Under the pieces are notes generated by a model. The model did no database searches. It worked only from the letters and a program-made list of their open reading frames with translations, and was not told the origin of the DNA. A program made the position numbers and the translations under genes. From the NCBI GenBank assembly GCA_963786955.1, contig CAWBAT010000006.1, positions 640,001 through 704,000 of the forward strand: a stretch of 64,000 nt of DNA. The letters run 5' to 3'. The DNA is from an uncultured Acidimicrobiia bacterium. Lineage in GTDB: Bacteria; Acidobacteriota; Terriglobia; Versatilivoradales; Versatilivoraceae. Position 1 is the first letter of the stretch; each line of letters starts with the position of its first letter. Below, in pieces: positions 44,817-56,533 of the stretch.

Positions 44817-45145
44817 GTTGCCTCCACTTGGGGGAAAATCAGCCGTTTTCCGCCCTCACTGAATTGCGGTACGGGCTGTGACATGGCCGGAATGCTTGGA
44901 CCAAGAAGGATTATCAGCTTGCCTGCTGTTTGACGTCAAGCATACAGTTTCCCCAATCAGGATTCCCTGACATCGTGAAGACCCAAGCCTTTTGGGCTGC
45001 TCTGGTTTGCCTCTTGACTCCCGTTCAAAAGCTGTACCGGCGCTTCATCATGCAATCTCCCATTTTCTCCCTGCGTTCAAGGCACTATTGAATCTTTTGG
45101 TGCAGGAAACATTGGCTTTCCATATAATTGGGAAGATTGGAGCTA

Positions 45146-45247
45146 GTAACAATTTACACAAATTCGCGATAATTGTTGTAGCCGGGGACGTTGACCCGGC
45201 CGGCCCCAGCGGGGCCAGCTACAACATGGACTTCTGCAGATTACTAC
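45146..45247. repeat. Degenerate MITE-like element enclosing a GTAG-type REP palindrome
   Basis: CTAG-bounded imperfect IR (GTAACAATTTACACAAAT / ACTTCTGCAGATTACTAC) around TGTTGTAGC...GCTACAACA. Confidence 0.5.
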
Positions 45248-45296
45248 TAGGCCGATCACACAGATTGATTTCCCTTCTGATACCTAGTATTGAGCT

Positions 45297-45878
45297 ATGA
45301 AATTTACGAAACTCATTCTCATTTTGTTTCTCTTTTCACCGGCTTTCTCTCTGAGGGCTGAGAAATCAGACTCTGAAGTTCAAGAACCCCCTGATCTTAA
45401 AATACTGGATTCTGGAATGATTTCTGTTGCCAAGGACCCATCAAGGCCAGGGGCTTCCCCTCCCTCACTTGAAGGCCCCATGCCCGAGCCGGGCCCGGGT
45501 GAGGATTGGGATAAGACAGGCAGCAACAGAAAGACCTCCGGACCGGACCACTATGAAATACACATGACGGTCAAGAATACCGGTACAAATACCGTCAAGT
45601 CCATTGATTGGCAGTATTCGTTCTTGGATTCCGAAGGAGAGAAGGAATTAAAGCGTTTCCGTATTCGGAGCAAAAAGAAAATCCCTCCAAACGGAATGGG
45701 CATCCTCACTAAAGCATTCATGCCTAACCTGACGTTTAGCGAGGATCCCAAGCCGGAATTTGCCAAAGGGAAGCAGAAGGTAGTCATTCTGCGAGTCATC
45801 TATGCGGATGACTCCACCTGGGAAACGGGAATAGGGACGAAGACTAAGCCGTTAAACTCGCCCAATCCATCCCGTTAG
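45297..45878 (+). CDS. Secreted hypothetical protein with Ig-like C-terminal domain
   Basis: Signal peptide, Pro-rich linker, VKNTG..VKSIDWQY...VIYADDSTW. Confidence 0.7.
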   Translation: MKFTKLILILFLFSPAFSLRAEKSDSEVQEPPDLKILDSGMISVAKDPSRPGASPPSLEGPMPEPGPGEDWDKTGSNRKTSGPDHYEIHMTVKNTGTNTVKSIDWQYSFLDSEGEKELKRFRIRSKKKIPPNGMGILTKAFMPNLTFSEDPKPEFAKGKQKVVILRVIYADDSTWETGIGTKTKPLNSPNPSR

Positions 45879-45993
45879 AAAACATCCAAGCCTATCTCCT
45901 CCTCCTGTTTCCTATTGTCGGCGTAGCATCAGGTATAGATGGAAACGGCTGGCTGGCTGGATCGAGTCTTTGAGATTCGTGAATTGAGTCGGG

Positions 45994-47574
45994 ATGGATC
46001 CGATGAACGTGAATCAAACGAGCTTTGATGTGTGTGTCGTGGGCTCAGGAGCCTGCGGCGGCACTCTGTCTTCCAGACTGGCACGGGCCGGTCTTAATGT
46101 GATTGTGTTGGAAGGCGGACCTAAGATCGACACGAGCCGAGCCTTCAATACCCATGCCCTGCCGTACGAGTTCAAAAACCGTAAAATCCCCATCATGGCG
46201 CCCGGGGTGGAAGGTTTCAATGAAGACCGCACCTGTGGAGTAGGCGGTAAAACACTCTTTTGGAATGCCGTGGCCTGGCGTTTTAGTCAGCGGGATTTCA
46301 AAGGGCAGAGCTATGAAGGTGCTGGTTTTGACTGGCCGATCCAGTCTGCTGATCTTGCCCCCTATTACGATCAAATTGAAAGGAGATTGGGGTCTGCGGA
46401 AATGCGGATCACCTGGAGGATTTGCCCGACGGCAATTTTCTCCCTCCTTTACCTCTGCGCTGTTCGGATCGAATCATCGAACGCGGGGCCGCCCGTCTCG
46501 GAATTAAGGTAATTTCTGTGAGAAAAGCAATCCTCACTAGACCCCGGGACTTCCGGCCGGCTTGCCATTATTGCGGAAATTGCATGGCCGGATGTGATGT
46601 CGTCGCAAAATACGATTCGGCCAACGTGCAGATTTATCCAACAATCGCGACTGGAAAGTTGACCCTTTTATCGGACGCCGTAGTTCGCGAAATTACACTG
46701 GCAGACAAGAGACTTGTCAACGGGGTTCGTTACATTAATCGAATCTCCCGCCAAGAGGGGACTATCAAGGCCCATTGTGTCGTAGTTTCCTGTGCATGTG
46801 TCCAGAGCATCGGTCTTCTCCTCATGTCCCGGTCGCCCCATTATCCCAATGGGCTGGGGAATTCGAGCGGTCAGTTGGGCAAGAATTATATCCCTCACTT
46901 CACGGCGAGATTTGATGGTTTTTTTCGCGATCTGGTTGGAACTCCAAGCATCAATGAGGAAGGTGCTTTAGATCATGCCTATATCCCCTCGTATATGCAT
47001 ACCCGCAAACGAGATTATGCCCGAAGCTTCGGAATCCAATTCAATTATCAGAATCGGCGCTTCGTTCCCTGGGCCAGTCAAATGGATGGTTTTGGGAGTG
47101 AACTGAAGAAAAGCATCAAGAGTCACTATCCAGCCTATCTTCATTTTTCGGCATACGGCGAGATGCTCCCAAGTAGCGGGAGCTTCGTGGATCTTGATCC
47201 AGTTGAGAAAGATCACTTCGGTCTGCAAAAGGCCCGCGTGCACATCCAATATGGCGAAAATGAACAGAGAGCTTTTTGCGGCGATGCGCAGGGAAGGAAG
47301 AAGGATTTTGGAAGCCAGCAATGTCGAAATCTTGTACGACAGCCCGGAACCGTTAACCAATCACGAATTGGGAGGATGCAGGATGGGTCTTGATCCGAAA
47401 ACCTCAGTCGTCAATGCCTTTTGCCAGTCCCATGACATCCCCAATCTATTTGTCGTGGACGGCAGTGTCTTCCCTTCTGCCTCGGAGAAAAATCCCACTC
47501 TGACGATGATGGCTCTGGCCGCGCGGACTTCCGATTACATCGCCGAACAGGTTCACAAAGGCTCATTCGGATGA
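45994..47574 (+). CDS. GMC family oxidoreductase; frameshifts near 46385 and 47275
   Basis: [46 protein letters not shown]. Confidence 0.92.
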
Positions 47575-47799
47575 GGGTTCTGTCTTTTGTTATTGACGAT
47601 CAGGATATGACTGTCTCGATACCTGGTCAGAAATGGAAATTGAGCCCATGAATCGATGGTCTTTGTACTATTCCGAATTCAACATCACGGCTGCAATCCC
47701 GATGACTCAACTGCAGATGAATTGTGATCATCTGGCCAGATACTCATCTAACCTATTAAGTTTTTCATTTCATCCAGATATTAAATAAGGAGATCAAGC

Positions 47800-48239
47800 A
47801 TGTCAGAACACGCTACTTATGATGACGTCAACCTTATTTTGCGACTTTACGATTTGCGTCGTGAAGAGAAGTTCAGGAAAGCCAGAGACTGGTTTAGCGT
47901 GGTCTTTCAAGGTCCGAACTGTGGACGAACTAAATGCTCTTTGTCCTCTAGGGTCTGACGAAGATGCCTACTACCGTATGGTGGTTTCGTATTGGGAAAT
48001 GGTCGCCTCCTTTATTACCAGCGAGGTTTTAAGTCACGAATTTGTTCTTTCAGAGCGGAAAGGAAATGCTCTTCGTATGGGAAAGAATCGCGGTTTGGTG
48101 CCCCAAGTCCGGAAGACAGCCGAAGGACCCAGCGTTGTTCCGAAATCTGGAAAAGGTTGCCAGCTTGTATATTCAATGGATGAAGAACAATGCTCCCGAT
48201 TCCTATTCTGCTTTTTCTGCGCGGGTCAAAGGGATATGA
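47800..48239 (+). CDS. DUF4760-like protein; frameshifted
   Basis: MSEHATYDDVNLILRLYDLRREEKFRKARDWF ... YYRMVVSYWEMVAS; AGGAG RBS. Confidence 0.7.
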
Positions 48240-48658
48240 AAAGTTTTCGCAAGGAATTGTGGTTCCACCTTACCTACTCGCCGCGGGTTTGTCAATATCA
48301 CACCTCAAGTTGTGGAGTGTGTCAAAGAGAGTAAGGTACTCGGGAAGGCCTGGTCCTCGTGAATGCGATGCACATTACAGCAGCCGTGTTCATTAACGAC
48401 GACGAATCAGGATTGCATCAGGATTACGAAATGTGGTTGGAACAGCTCGCCCCACATGAGCCTGTTTCGAGATACCGCCATAATGAAACAGGCGAAGACA
48501 ATGCCGATGCGCATCTCAAGCGACAAATCATGGGTCGGGAGGTCGTCGTCGCCATCACCGCCGGCCGCCTGGATTTTGGTCCTTGGGAGCAGATATTCTA
48601 CGGGGAGTTTGATGGCCGGCGCAGAAAACGAGTCCTGGTCAAAATTATTGGCGAGTAG
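48236..48658 (+). CDS. yjbQ: YjbQ/UPF0047 family protein; frameshifted
   Basis: [37 protein letters not shown]. Confidence 0.9.
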
Positions 48659-48896
48659 AAGCGCTGAGCTAGCTTTAGTTGTCGACGAACCAGATCTCCG
48701 GGATATCTCGATGCCTCAAGGACAAGACACGTTTCGTGGACGCACCTCGCTCTCTCCACTCTTTCTGCAAGACTTCCTTGCTTCGCCGCTAAATTGGGAC
48801 ACCGAACATCAATGGACGACTGGCAAGTCCCCCTCAAGGGGTAGCTAATCGCTGAAACCACTGCCTCTAATCGGCATTCGGCAATCGACAATTTCA

Positions 48897-50631
48897 CTAC
48901 AGCCCCATCAATTGCTTAACATACTTGGGCGCAGGGTGAACCAAAGGAGAGCATTTTGTCATGAAACGCTTTCAGGTCCTGAATGGGTCCGTTCTTGTTT
49001 TCATACGCTTTCCGGATTTCATTGATGCCCACATTTCCCACAAAATAAGTGGAGAGTTGTGTCGATGAAAGGCAAGCCCGGCGCCACTTTCCGGCTGCTT
49101 CACCTTCTTCCTGGAAACCCTCGTTCATCATGAGATCCATGGCTGCTTTTTCGGTCATTCCTGCGGTGTGAATCTTCTGATCAATGATGGCATTGATGAT
49201 GAGCCGGAGTCTCATTTTCAGCTGCTCAGTCTTCATCTCGGGCCCGCCATAGCCTTTCTCAGCCATCAATTGCTCGGCATAAGTGGCCCAACCCTCGACA
49301 AAAGGCCCACTGCTAAAGACAGCTCGAATCAAAGTCGGCGCCCGAAATTTGTTCGAGTGAGCCAGCTGGAGATAATGACCGGGCATGGCTTCATGAACCG
49401 TAAGATTTTGAAGCATGTAGTCGTTGTATTCTCGGAAAAAAGATTGCACGCGTTCCTTCGACCAATCGGCTGGTGTGGGAGAAATGGAATAGAAGGTTTC
49501 GGCGTTCTTGTCCAAGGGGCCAGGAGGATCGCAATAGGCAACGGCAACGCCTCGTTGAAACTCCGGCATCACAATGATCTTTACCGGCTCATCCGGAACC
49601 GTGACGAGTTGGTTTTGGCGGACAAAATCCGTTGTGGTCTGTAGATCCTGCTTGGCCAGATCGACAATGGTTGAGTTATTGGGATGCGACTCGGCTAGTC
49701 TGTCGAGAACTGCCTTGATGACTTTCTTTCGATCCCCCTGAAGCTTCCCGGGTACTGCCTTTGGAAAATACTTGGTATACAGTGGCAGCGTTGTCTCGTA
49801 GAGAGCGTCTTGAGCCGTACCCAGTTCTTGCTGGGCTTGCTTCATCAGCTCTTCCAAGGTCTGATCGGATTCCAGCGTAAACCGGAGCTTCTTTCGAAAT
49901 TTGTCTTCACCCAGCCGAAAATCTCCATTGGACCGTGGCAGTAAATCCTTCTCCAGCCAATTGCCATAGGCTTCCAGTGCGCTGAGGGTCTCCTTCTGAA
50001 CCGGATCGAAACCGGGCTTCAATTCGGGCACCTGATCGAGAAGGCTGTTTAATTCATCTCGAATCAGACTGATATTCCCTTTGTTCTGCAGTATCGATGT
50101 TTCGGTATAGATACGAGGAGGATTCTTGAGATTGGTCTTTGCGGCTTCCAGCACAGCAGGAATTTGCTTTAAACGTGCGATCACGGACTGAAGACGCTCT
50201 TTGAGCGGTGCAAATTCTCGTGACGTCAGACTATAGATCGCATTGCCGATATTGTAATATTGAGTATTCCATTCATACTCTCGTAAAGTCTCGAGTTGAA
50301 AAATCATGGACTCGATATTGTTGTTCAGGATTTTGAAATCAATTTGGTTTGTCGAGCTCAAGCGGGCGGGCTCGATCTTCTGGATGGACTGTTGGGCCTC
50401 GCGTTGAGCCTTGAGTTCTTGTTGCATCCCGGCTTGTGTATAATTGTTCATCCGGTCGTCAAATCGATGGTCCCCCAGCTCGTGGCCGATTTCGGGATTT
50501 CTTTCCAACAATTGTTCAATATACCCTTTGGCAAAACTTTCGAATTTCTGGTCCTCTGATTCTGGCATGCCACATCGCATCGTCATAAGAATCGCAAAAC
50601 AGATTAATGCATAAACGCCTGTGGCTTTCAT
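48897..50631 (-). CDS. DUF885 family lipoprotein; C-terminal frameshift
   Basis: HEAMPGHYLQ, FVEGWATYAE, AFHDKMLSFG; the corrected end is PKYVKQLMGL*. Confidence 0.9.
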
Positions 50632-50828
50632 AAGCCTCCTTTACAATGAATCGATCAATTGAAGGACCAACCTCAAGCTGACATTTCCCCCACTCGGCTT
50701 CTTCGATTTTCCGGCGCGGAAGCCACCTATGTAAAGCTCCCGTCGCATAAAGCAGCCGTCAAGAGGGTGATATTCAGGTGGGCTCTCAGTCCTATGGGTC
50801 AGTAGACATGTTGCCACAATATAGAGTT

Positions 50829-51875
50829 TCACCTGCTTTCGAACATATAGTGTGATACGAGCCACTCCTGGCCTTGGCGGCACTCCCACAATTCGGCACA
50901 GGCTATAAAAAAGACTTTCCAGTAAGCATACCATTTGACCGTCCCGTTAGAACCGTAGACATCTTGGAACAACGAAACAATTTGTATTTTATTCCGCTTC
51001 AAGTTGGCGAGCCAGGCTTCCGCCGTCCTGGCATAATGAAGCCCGTTGACTCTCCAATGTTCACGCAGTACGAAATCCTCTTGGAAATAGAGGAAAAGAT
51101 CGTCGGAAGGCATCATTCCGCCTGTAAAGAAATTCCGGGACATCCAGTCACCAGGGCCTTTATTTTCGAAAAAATAGGCGTACTCTCGATGAGAGAAGAT
51201 GTGCACAAACAAAAGACCCTTTGGCGACAACCAGCTGGCAATACGAGAAAGCAGCAGATCCCAGTTTCGCACATGCTCAAACATTTCCACAGACAAGACC
51301 CGATCGAAACGTCCCTCGGGTTGAAATCCATTGATGTCAGCAGTCATAATGCGCAAGTTTTTCAAACCCCGTTTGGCAATTTCTGAATCAATATGTTCCT
51401 TTTGGGTTCTTGAATTCGAGATGGCAAGAATTTGACAATCTGGGAAATGCTCACTGATCCACAAAGATAATGAGCCCCAACCGCAGCCGAGCTCGAGGAT
51501 ACGAAGTCCGTTTTCTACTTTTCCGCGCTGACAAGTGAGCCGAAGCATGGCTTCTTCTGCCTCGTCGAGACGATCGGTTCCTGGCATCCAAAGACCGCTG
51601 CTGTATTTCAGGTTCCGACCCAGAACAAGTTGAAAAAATCGCGTCGGCACTTCGTAATGCTGTTCGTTGGCTTCATGAGTACGGAGAGCGATAGGACTTT
51701 GTCTTAGTTTTCGGACAAAATCCATCTTGTGAACGTTCTGGGCTTCAATATTACCCTTGTTCTCCTGATTCAATCGCCGCGAGAGTAAGCGTCGAACCCC
51801 CATTCGAATCAGCCATTCCGGAAATCGATTGGTTTCGAGGAGTTGATCGATAAATGAAGGTGTGTCTTTGACCAT
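50829..51875 (-). CDS. CFA-synthase-like / CNMT-like SAM-dependent methyltransferase
   Basis: [40 protein letters not shown]. Confidence 0.92.
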   Translation of the reverse strand: MVKDTPSFIDQLLETNRFPEWLIRMGVRRLLSRRLNQENKGNIEAQNVHKMDFVRKLRQSPIALRTHEANEQHYEVPTRFFQLVLGRNLKYSSGLWMPGTDRLDEAEEAMLRLTCQRGKVENGLRILELGCGWGSLSLWISEHFPDCQILAISNSRTQKEHIDSEIAKRGLKNLRIMTADINGFQPEGRFDRVLSVEMFEHVRNWDLLLSRIASWLSPKGLLFVHIFSHREYAYFFENKGPGDWMSRNFFTGGMMPSDDLFLYFQEDFVLREHWRVNGLHYARTAEAWLANLKRNKIQIVSLFQDVYGSNGTVKWYAYWKVFFIACAELWECRQGQEWLVSHYMFESR

Positions 51876-52046
51876 AGCCTATTCCTGGGCACGAAAGCCG
51901 GGTTCTTCTTGCGGAGAACACCTGGGTAAATCCCAATCCTTTGTTGAGCGGATCCTTTCCCTTTCTCCTTTAATTCGAGGTAATAGCTCGAGATCCCCGA
52001 AGGCCACGAGGGAGGATCCAGCCGGTTTTTTACCTACAAGAAGACT

Positions 52047-52841
52047 TTACTCGCAAGACCCTCTTCGAAACCAGGGGAAAAAAGCATTGGTAGTGCGTTG
52101 GTATTCTCTGTAGGAGTTACCCTTCGTTCGAATGGCTTGCTCCTCGGTCATGGGAATGCCGGTTACGTTGAGTAAGAAGTAAAGCATGGCCAATGGACAA
52201 TAAATTGTGAACGCACCAAAGGGGGAACTCAGTGCAAAAACAAAAAAACTGACCCAGACCAGCCACTCAAAGAAATAATTGGGATGGCGCGAATAGCGCC
52301 AAAGCCCCTCCTGGCAGACCTGGTCTTTATTTTGAGGTCTTCTCTTGAACTGATCAAGTTGCCGATCAGCGATCGCTTCACCGATCAGGGCTATCAGCCA
52401 GAGAGCTACGCCCACGAACTCAATGATGGAGATCTTGGGATCCAGATTTTGACAGGCCAATAAAAAGGGGAGAGAAAGGAATGTGTTCAACAGTCCTTGA
52501 GCCTGGAAGAACCAGAAAAAGTTACTTTTAAGTTTCAAAGCCCATTCTGCACGCAGTTTCGAATAACGCCCTTCTTCGATGGGGTGGAGCCTGGAGATAC
52601 GGCGGTAAAGGTGAAACGCCAACCGCAGGCTCCAGAAAACGACCATCCCGGCCATGATGGCCCGGCGCATGAGGTAACCCTTACCGAAAAGCGCGTAAAC
52701 GAGCGCCAGTACTGAAAATAGAGCTGACCATGCGATGTCAACAATGCTGTTGTTCCTCATTCTATATGCCAGAACCCAGACGAGGATCATTGCCGAGAGG
52801 TCTAATAACAACGCAATCCCAAACAAGGTTCCGGTTGACAT
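52047..52841 (-). CDS. DUF1295 (steroid 5-alpha-reductase-like) membrane protein
   Basis: IVDIAWS, EEGRY, GEAIADRQL, GLWRYSRHPNYFFE. Confidence 0.92.
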   Translation of the reverse strand: MSTGTLFGIALLLDLSAMILVWVLAYRMRNNSIVDIAWSALFSVLALVYALFGKGYLMRRAIMAGMVVFWSLRLAFHLYRRISRLHPIEEGRYSKLRAEWALKLKSNFFWFFQAQGLLNTFLSLPFLLACQNLDPKISIIEFVGVALWLIALIGEAIADRQLDQFKRRPQNKDQVCQEGLWRYSRHPNYFFEWLVWVSFFVFALSSPFGAFTIYCPLAMLYFLLNVTGIPMTEEQAIRTKGNSYREYQRTTNAFFPWFRRGSCE

Positions 52842-52873
52842 GAGGCTCAGTATGAAGATTTAGGCCGATCCAA

Positions 52874-53362
52874 TCATGGTGGGGAAATCAATTGCCTCCT
52901 GGAGAGGACGCTTAGTAGGGGGATCATCATTCTGTAAACCGGCCAGGCAACGAAGGGCGCTACGACGATCCAACCCATGATTCCATGAAAACCTGCAACC
53001 CCAAACTGCCTGAAGAACCCCCAGGGATCATGCTGAAATCGTTCCAGGAGCACTGGTACCGAAAAAGCAAGTGGCTCAGCGGCAAACATCCTTTCCCCCA
53101 AGCGCACAAAAAACAAGATCAGAGAGATCTGCAGAGGGTAAACCAAATAGTTTACGAGCTGAATGGCCGGCTGATTCAATCTGAGCAAGAACCCGGCAAT
53201 CAAACAGAGCAGCGTGGTGGCACCCATGATGGGAAATATCCCCAGCACAAACCCGATGGCAATGCTCTGGGCTAGCTCTTTGACATTAATTCCTTGCCGC
53301 AGCTGCTGCGCGAGCGGGACTAAAACGCGGCGACTCCAGAAAGTTTGGGAAACGGTATTCAT
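52874..53362 (-). CDS. DUF2062 family membrane protein
   Basis: LAQSIAIGFVLGIFPIMGATT...LNQPAIQLVN. Confidence 0.85.
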   Translation of the reverse strand: MNTVSQTFWSRRVLVPLAQQLRQGINVKELAQSIAIGFVLGIFPIMGATTLLCLIAGFLLRLNQPAIQLVNYLVYPLQISLILFFVRLGERMFAAEPLAFSVPVLLERFQHDPWGFFRQFGVAGFHGIMGWIVVAPFVAWPVYRMMIPLLSVLSRRQLISPP

Positions 53363-53700
53363 GAGAGCGGATGACTCCTCCGCATAAGCAAACTCTCAAA
53401 GGAGGAGTGGGGGGGAAGGCGGAAAAGTTCAACTAGCACATAGAAAGACATGGCAATATTCCCCAGAACCATAATCAGGAAAAACCAGAGGATCCGCGAG
53501 AACAAGCGATCCTCCTTGTAAGCCACCCAGATGTAAAAGGTCAAAAATCCAAAGTAGGCGTCCCAAAGCGTCGCAACAGTCCAGGGATGATTGAGCATTC
53601 CCGGAAGAACCGAAAACAAATTACTTTGCAGACTGGTACGAATCGTTAACACCAGCATAAAAATAAAAATCCCAGCGAAAAGTATTTTAAGGCGCATCAT
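53359..53700 (-). CDS. DUF1475 family membrane protein
   Basis: PWTVATLWDAYFGFLTFYIWVAYKE...LGNIA; translationally coupled at both ends. Confidence 0.85.
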   Translation of the reverse strand: MMRLKILFAGIFIFMLVLTIRTSLQSNLFSVLPGMLNHPWTVATLWDAYFGFLTFYIWVAYKEDRLFSRILWFFLIMVLGNIAMSFYVLVELFRLPPHSSFESLLMRRSHPLS

Positions 53701-54973
53701 CCTGTGAAATTTTCTTGTCTTGTGTAAACAGCCTGCACGACGGTGTTGTACTTCATGGCAAAAGCCGCCTGACAATATAAGAGGTAGTAGTTCCATTTCC
53801 GGATGAACCGATCATCGAATCCGAGATCCCGAACCTTCTGGGTATTCCTGTTAAAGGCAGCATGCCATTCAAGCAGGGTCCTGGCGTAAAATTGTCCCAT
53901 GTCTTCCAGATGACATAAGAAAAGATCACTCGTACTACTGACGGCACGATTAATCGCATGGTTCGAGAGACTCAAACTGCCTGGGAAAATGTGCTTTTGA
54001 ATCCAGTCTACGTTTCTCGCCAATTTCCTGAAGCGACTATCCGCGCAGGTGATGGCTTGAATTCCCAACATCCCTTGCGGTTTAAGCAAGGAATGACATT
54101 TCCGGAAAAATAGTTCCAGATACTTTTCGCCCACGGCCTCCAGCATTTCGATGGAGATGATCTTGTCGTATCTCCCTGCCACTTCGCGATAGTCCTGAAG
54201 TCTTAGATCGATTTGATCGCCGAGCCCTTCACGCCGGATCATTTGATCCACGTACTGGAATTGTTGTTTAGAAATAGTGATGGCGGTGACATGGCAGCCA
54301 TAGTTTCGAACGGCATGCCGGCTAAACCCGCCCCAACCGCATCCCATTTCCAGAACTTGGTCTGTCTTCTTCAGCTTGAGCTTTTGGCACAAGACGTCGT
54401 ATTTTTCAGCCTGGGCCGATTCCAGTGATTGGCTTTCGGACCGGTAGTAAGCACAGGAGTAAGTGAGGGTGTTATCCAGGAATGTTTCGAATAATTCGTT
54501 ACTCAAATCGTAGTGCGAATAGATATTCCTTTTGCTGCCTCGCAAGCTATTCGACCGGAATTGATGAACCATCCGATTGAGCAAACCCAATGAATTGATG
54601 AAGGTGTTTTTTCGCTTCGTATCGGAGAGCGCGGGGGAATTGCTGTGATTGAGGATGAACCAGGAAATGACTTCGGCGATATTCTCCGTCTCCCAGTCAC
54701 CGTCCACATAGGATTCCCCAAAACCGATGTCTCCAAAAGCAGGCACTTTCGGAAGAAAGCGCGGTTCCTTACCTGGATCCGGGCATGGATCCGAGGAGAA
54801 TTTGAACCTGGGTATTCGTGCACTCCAAAATCCCATTCTTGGCCGTCGGGCAAACTGACTTTCAAATTGCCAAAGCGCATAGGGACTAAGGCCTTGTAAA
54901 CGAGGGTCTCGTAGAGACTCTGCAGCAGCCCCACAGAACCTGGCGCGTCTAGACCCATCACTACTTTTTCCAT
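53697..54973 (-). CDS. Cyclopropane-fatty-acyl-phospholipid synthase family methyltransferase (UfaM/Cfa-like); one frameshift near 54740
   Basis: GDIGFGESYVDGDW, NIYSHYDLSN, LEMGCGWG, SIEMLEAVG, IFPGS. Confidence 0.92.
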
Positions 54974-55005
54974 GACCTCTCACCCATTTTCTTGGAATTC
55001 AATTC

Positions 55006-55728
55006 CTACGACTTTCGGATCTGCACTTCTCTCTGTAATTCGGGGTTGTCGCCTTTCCTTCGATAAGGAATCTTCCTTAGGTAAAGCAAGAAGGCCTGCC
55101 AATGAATCCAGAAGACAACGAAGAACGTGAGCAGAGGATACTTCAACAGAAAGAAAAGTAATTTTCGATCGGTCAGTGGAACACGAGTCCCTTGTAATGT
55201 TGAGAAAAAGATCTTTTCACCTGTCATCACATCGTCCACTTGAATCGCTAACCGCTCGTCAGGAACAGGGAGTCGAAATTCAAACTCCACATCCAAATCG
55301 AAGAATGGAGATACATAAAAGTATTTAGGTTCTCGCTTTAGAAAATATCGGTTCCCCATCCAATGTTCCGTTCCGGCGAAAAACAGTTTCATCTCCCCAA
55401 AAGTATTGCGGACTTCGGGGACGGCGCATAAGGGTTTGCCCGTTTCATCAAAACAAAAATAAAACGAGACTGGATTAAACACATAGCCGAAAATGCGCAG
55501 ATGGGTCAGCAGATAAGCCCGTCCGTTCCCTAGTTCGACCCCCTGGGTATGCAGGTACGAAGCTAGATCCTGCTTGACTTGGCTTGATTTGACTCGGATG
55601 TGGTCAGCATCTCTGAAGGAAAAGAAATTAAAACGATTTCGACTGAGGAGATGCAGGCGTTTGGAAAGAACATCAATTTCGTCCAGGTCCAAGTAAAACA
55701 TAAAAAGAGGATATTCAAAGCGATGCAA
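55006..55728 (-). CDS. DUF1365 family protein (UfaO-like); N-terminus apparently missing
   Basis: HRFEY, GYVFNPVSFYFC, EVRNTFGE, KYFYVSPF, IHWQA. Confidence 0.85.
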   Translation of the reverse strand: MHRFEYPLFMFYLDLDEIDVLSKRLHLLSRNRFNFFSFRDADHIRVKSSQVKQDLASYLHTQGVELGNGRAYLLTHLRIFGYVFNPVSFYFCFDETGKPLCAVPEVRNTFGEMKLFFAGTEHWMGNRYFLKREPKYFYVSPFFDLDVEFEFRLPVPDERLAIQVDDVMTGEKIFFSTLQGTRVPLTDRKLLFFLLKYPLLTFFVVFWIHWQAFLLYLRKIPYRRKGDNPELQREVQIRKS

Positions 55729-56473
55729 CTGCGGAGTCTTCCCTTCGTACCTGCTGAACGGGCTGCCTCAAACGGATCCGATCTCGGAAGGGTTCCGTGA
55801 GCCGCGCCACATAGGCTTGGGATCCGCCCACCACGGTTCGCCACGGGCGCTGCGTATACATCCCGAGAAAGCCGTGATTGTGAAAGAAACGAAGCAACGT
55901 TAGAGCCGGAAATTCAAGCATCTGACGAGGAGGAGAGGACCAAACCGCCGAACTCATGGGTATCAGATATGAGTTGAGAAAGTCATCTCCGTAGCCTCTC
56001 TGTTCCACGTAATCCTTGAGAGTCACGTCGGATAGAGGTCCCTGGTCGAGAGCCTGTCTTGCCTCCCGGTTAAAGCGATGAATTTGCCGGAGCAGGCGAA
56101 GGAAGCGAAGATTCGCCAGATTCTTTCTCTGCGCAAACAAGGAATTCATGCTCGATCCGCAGTACTCCAAACCAGTTGGAATATGCTGGACACTGAATGA
56201 CATTGTGGAAAGCTGAGTACGAACTCCTAACTCCGAAAAAAGGCGGGTCAGATTTGGATACGTCACCTCGTTATAGACAATAAAGCCCGTATCAACAGGG
56301 ACTCGCTCGGAAGCCTCTTGAACCTCTATGGTGTTGCTGTGGCCGCCTGCATATTTCTCCTGCTCAAACAAAGTAAGATTAAACGATGAGTTCAAAAAAT
56401 GCGCACAGCCTAACCCGGCGATTCCCGTGCCAATGATTGCAAGAGTCTCTTTACGATTTTTCATCGTGCACAT
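55715..56473 (-). pseudogene. FAD-dependent oxidoreductase/desaturase (UfaD-like), C-terminally truncated
   Basis: IIGTGIAG, GGHSNT, VDTGFIVYNEVTYPNL, FFHNHG and WRTVVGGS are present. The ORF stops at 252 aa and I found no C-terminal GFHEDG-type motif. Confidence 0.75.
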
Positions 56474-56481
56474 CTCATCTA

Positions 56482-56518
56482 GGGAACAGGACCCCTCTAC
56501 GCACTGGGTCCTGTTCCC
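56482..56518. other. Perfect 13-bp intra-operonic hairpin
   Basis: GGGAACAGGACCC-N11-GGGTCCTGTTCCC between the DUF4397 stop and the oxidoreductase start. Confidence 0.7.
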
Positions 56519-56533
56519 CCGTAATTTAGTCCG

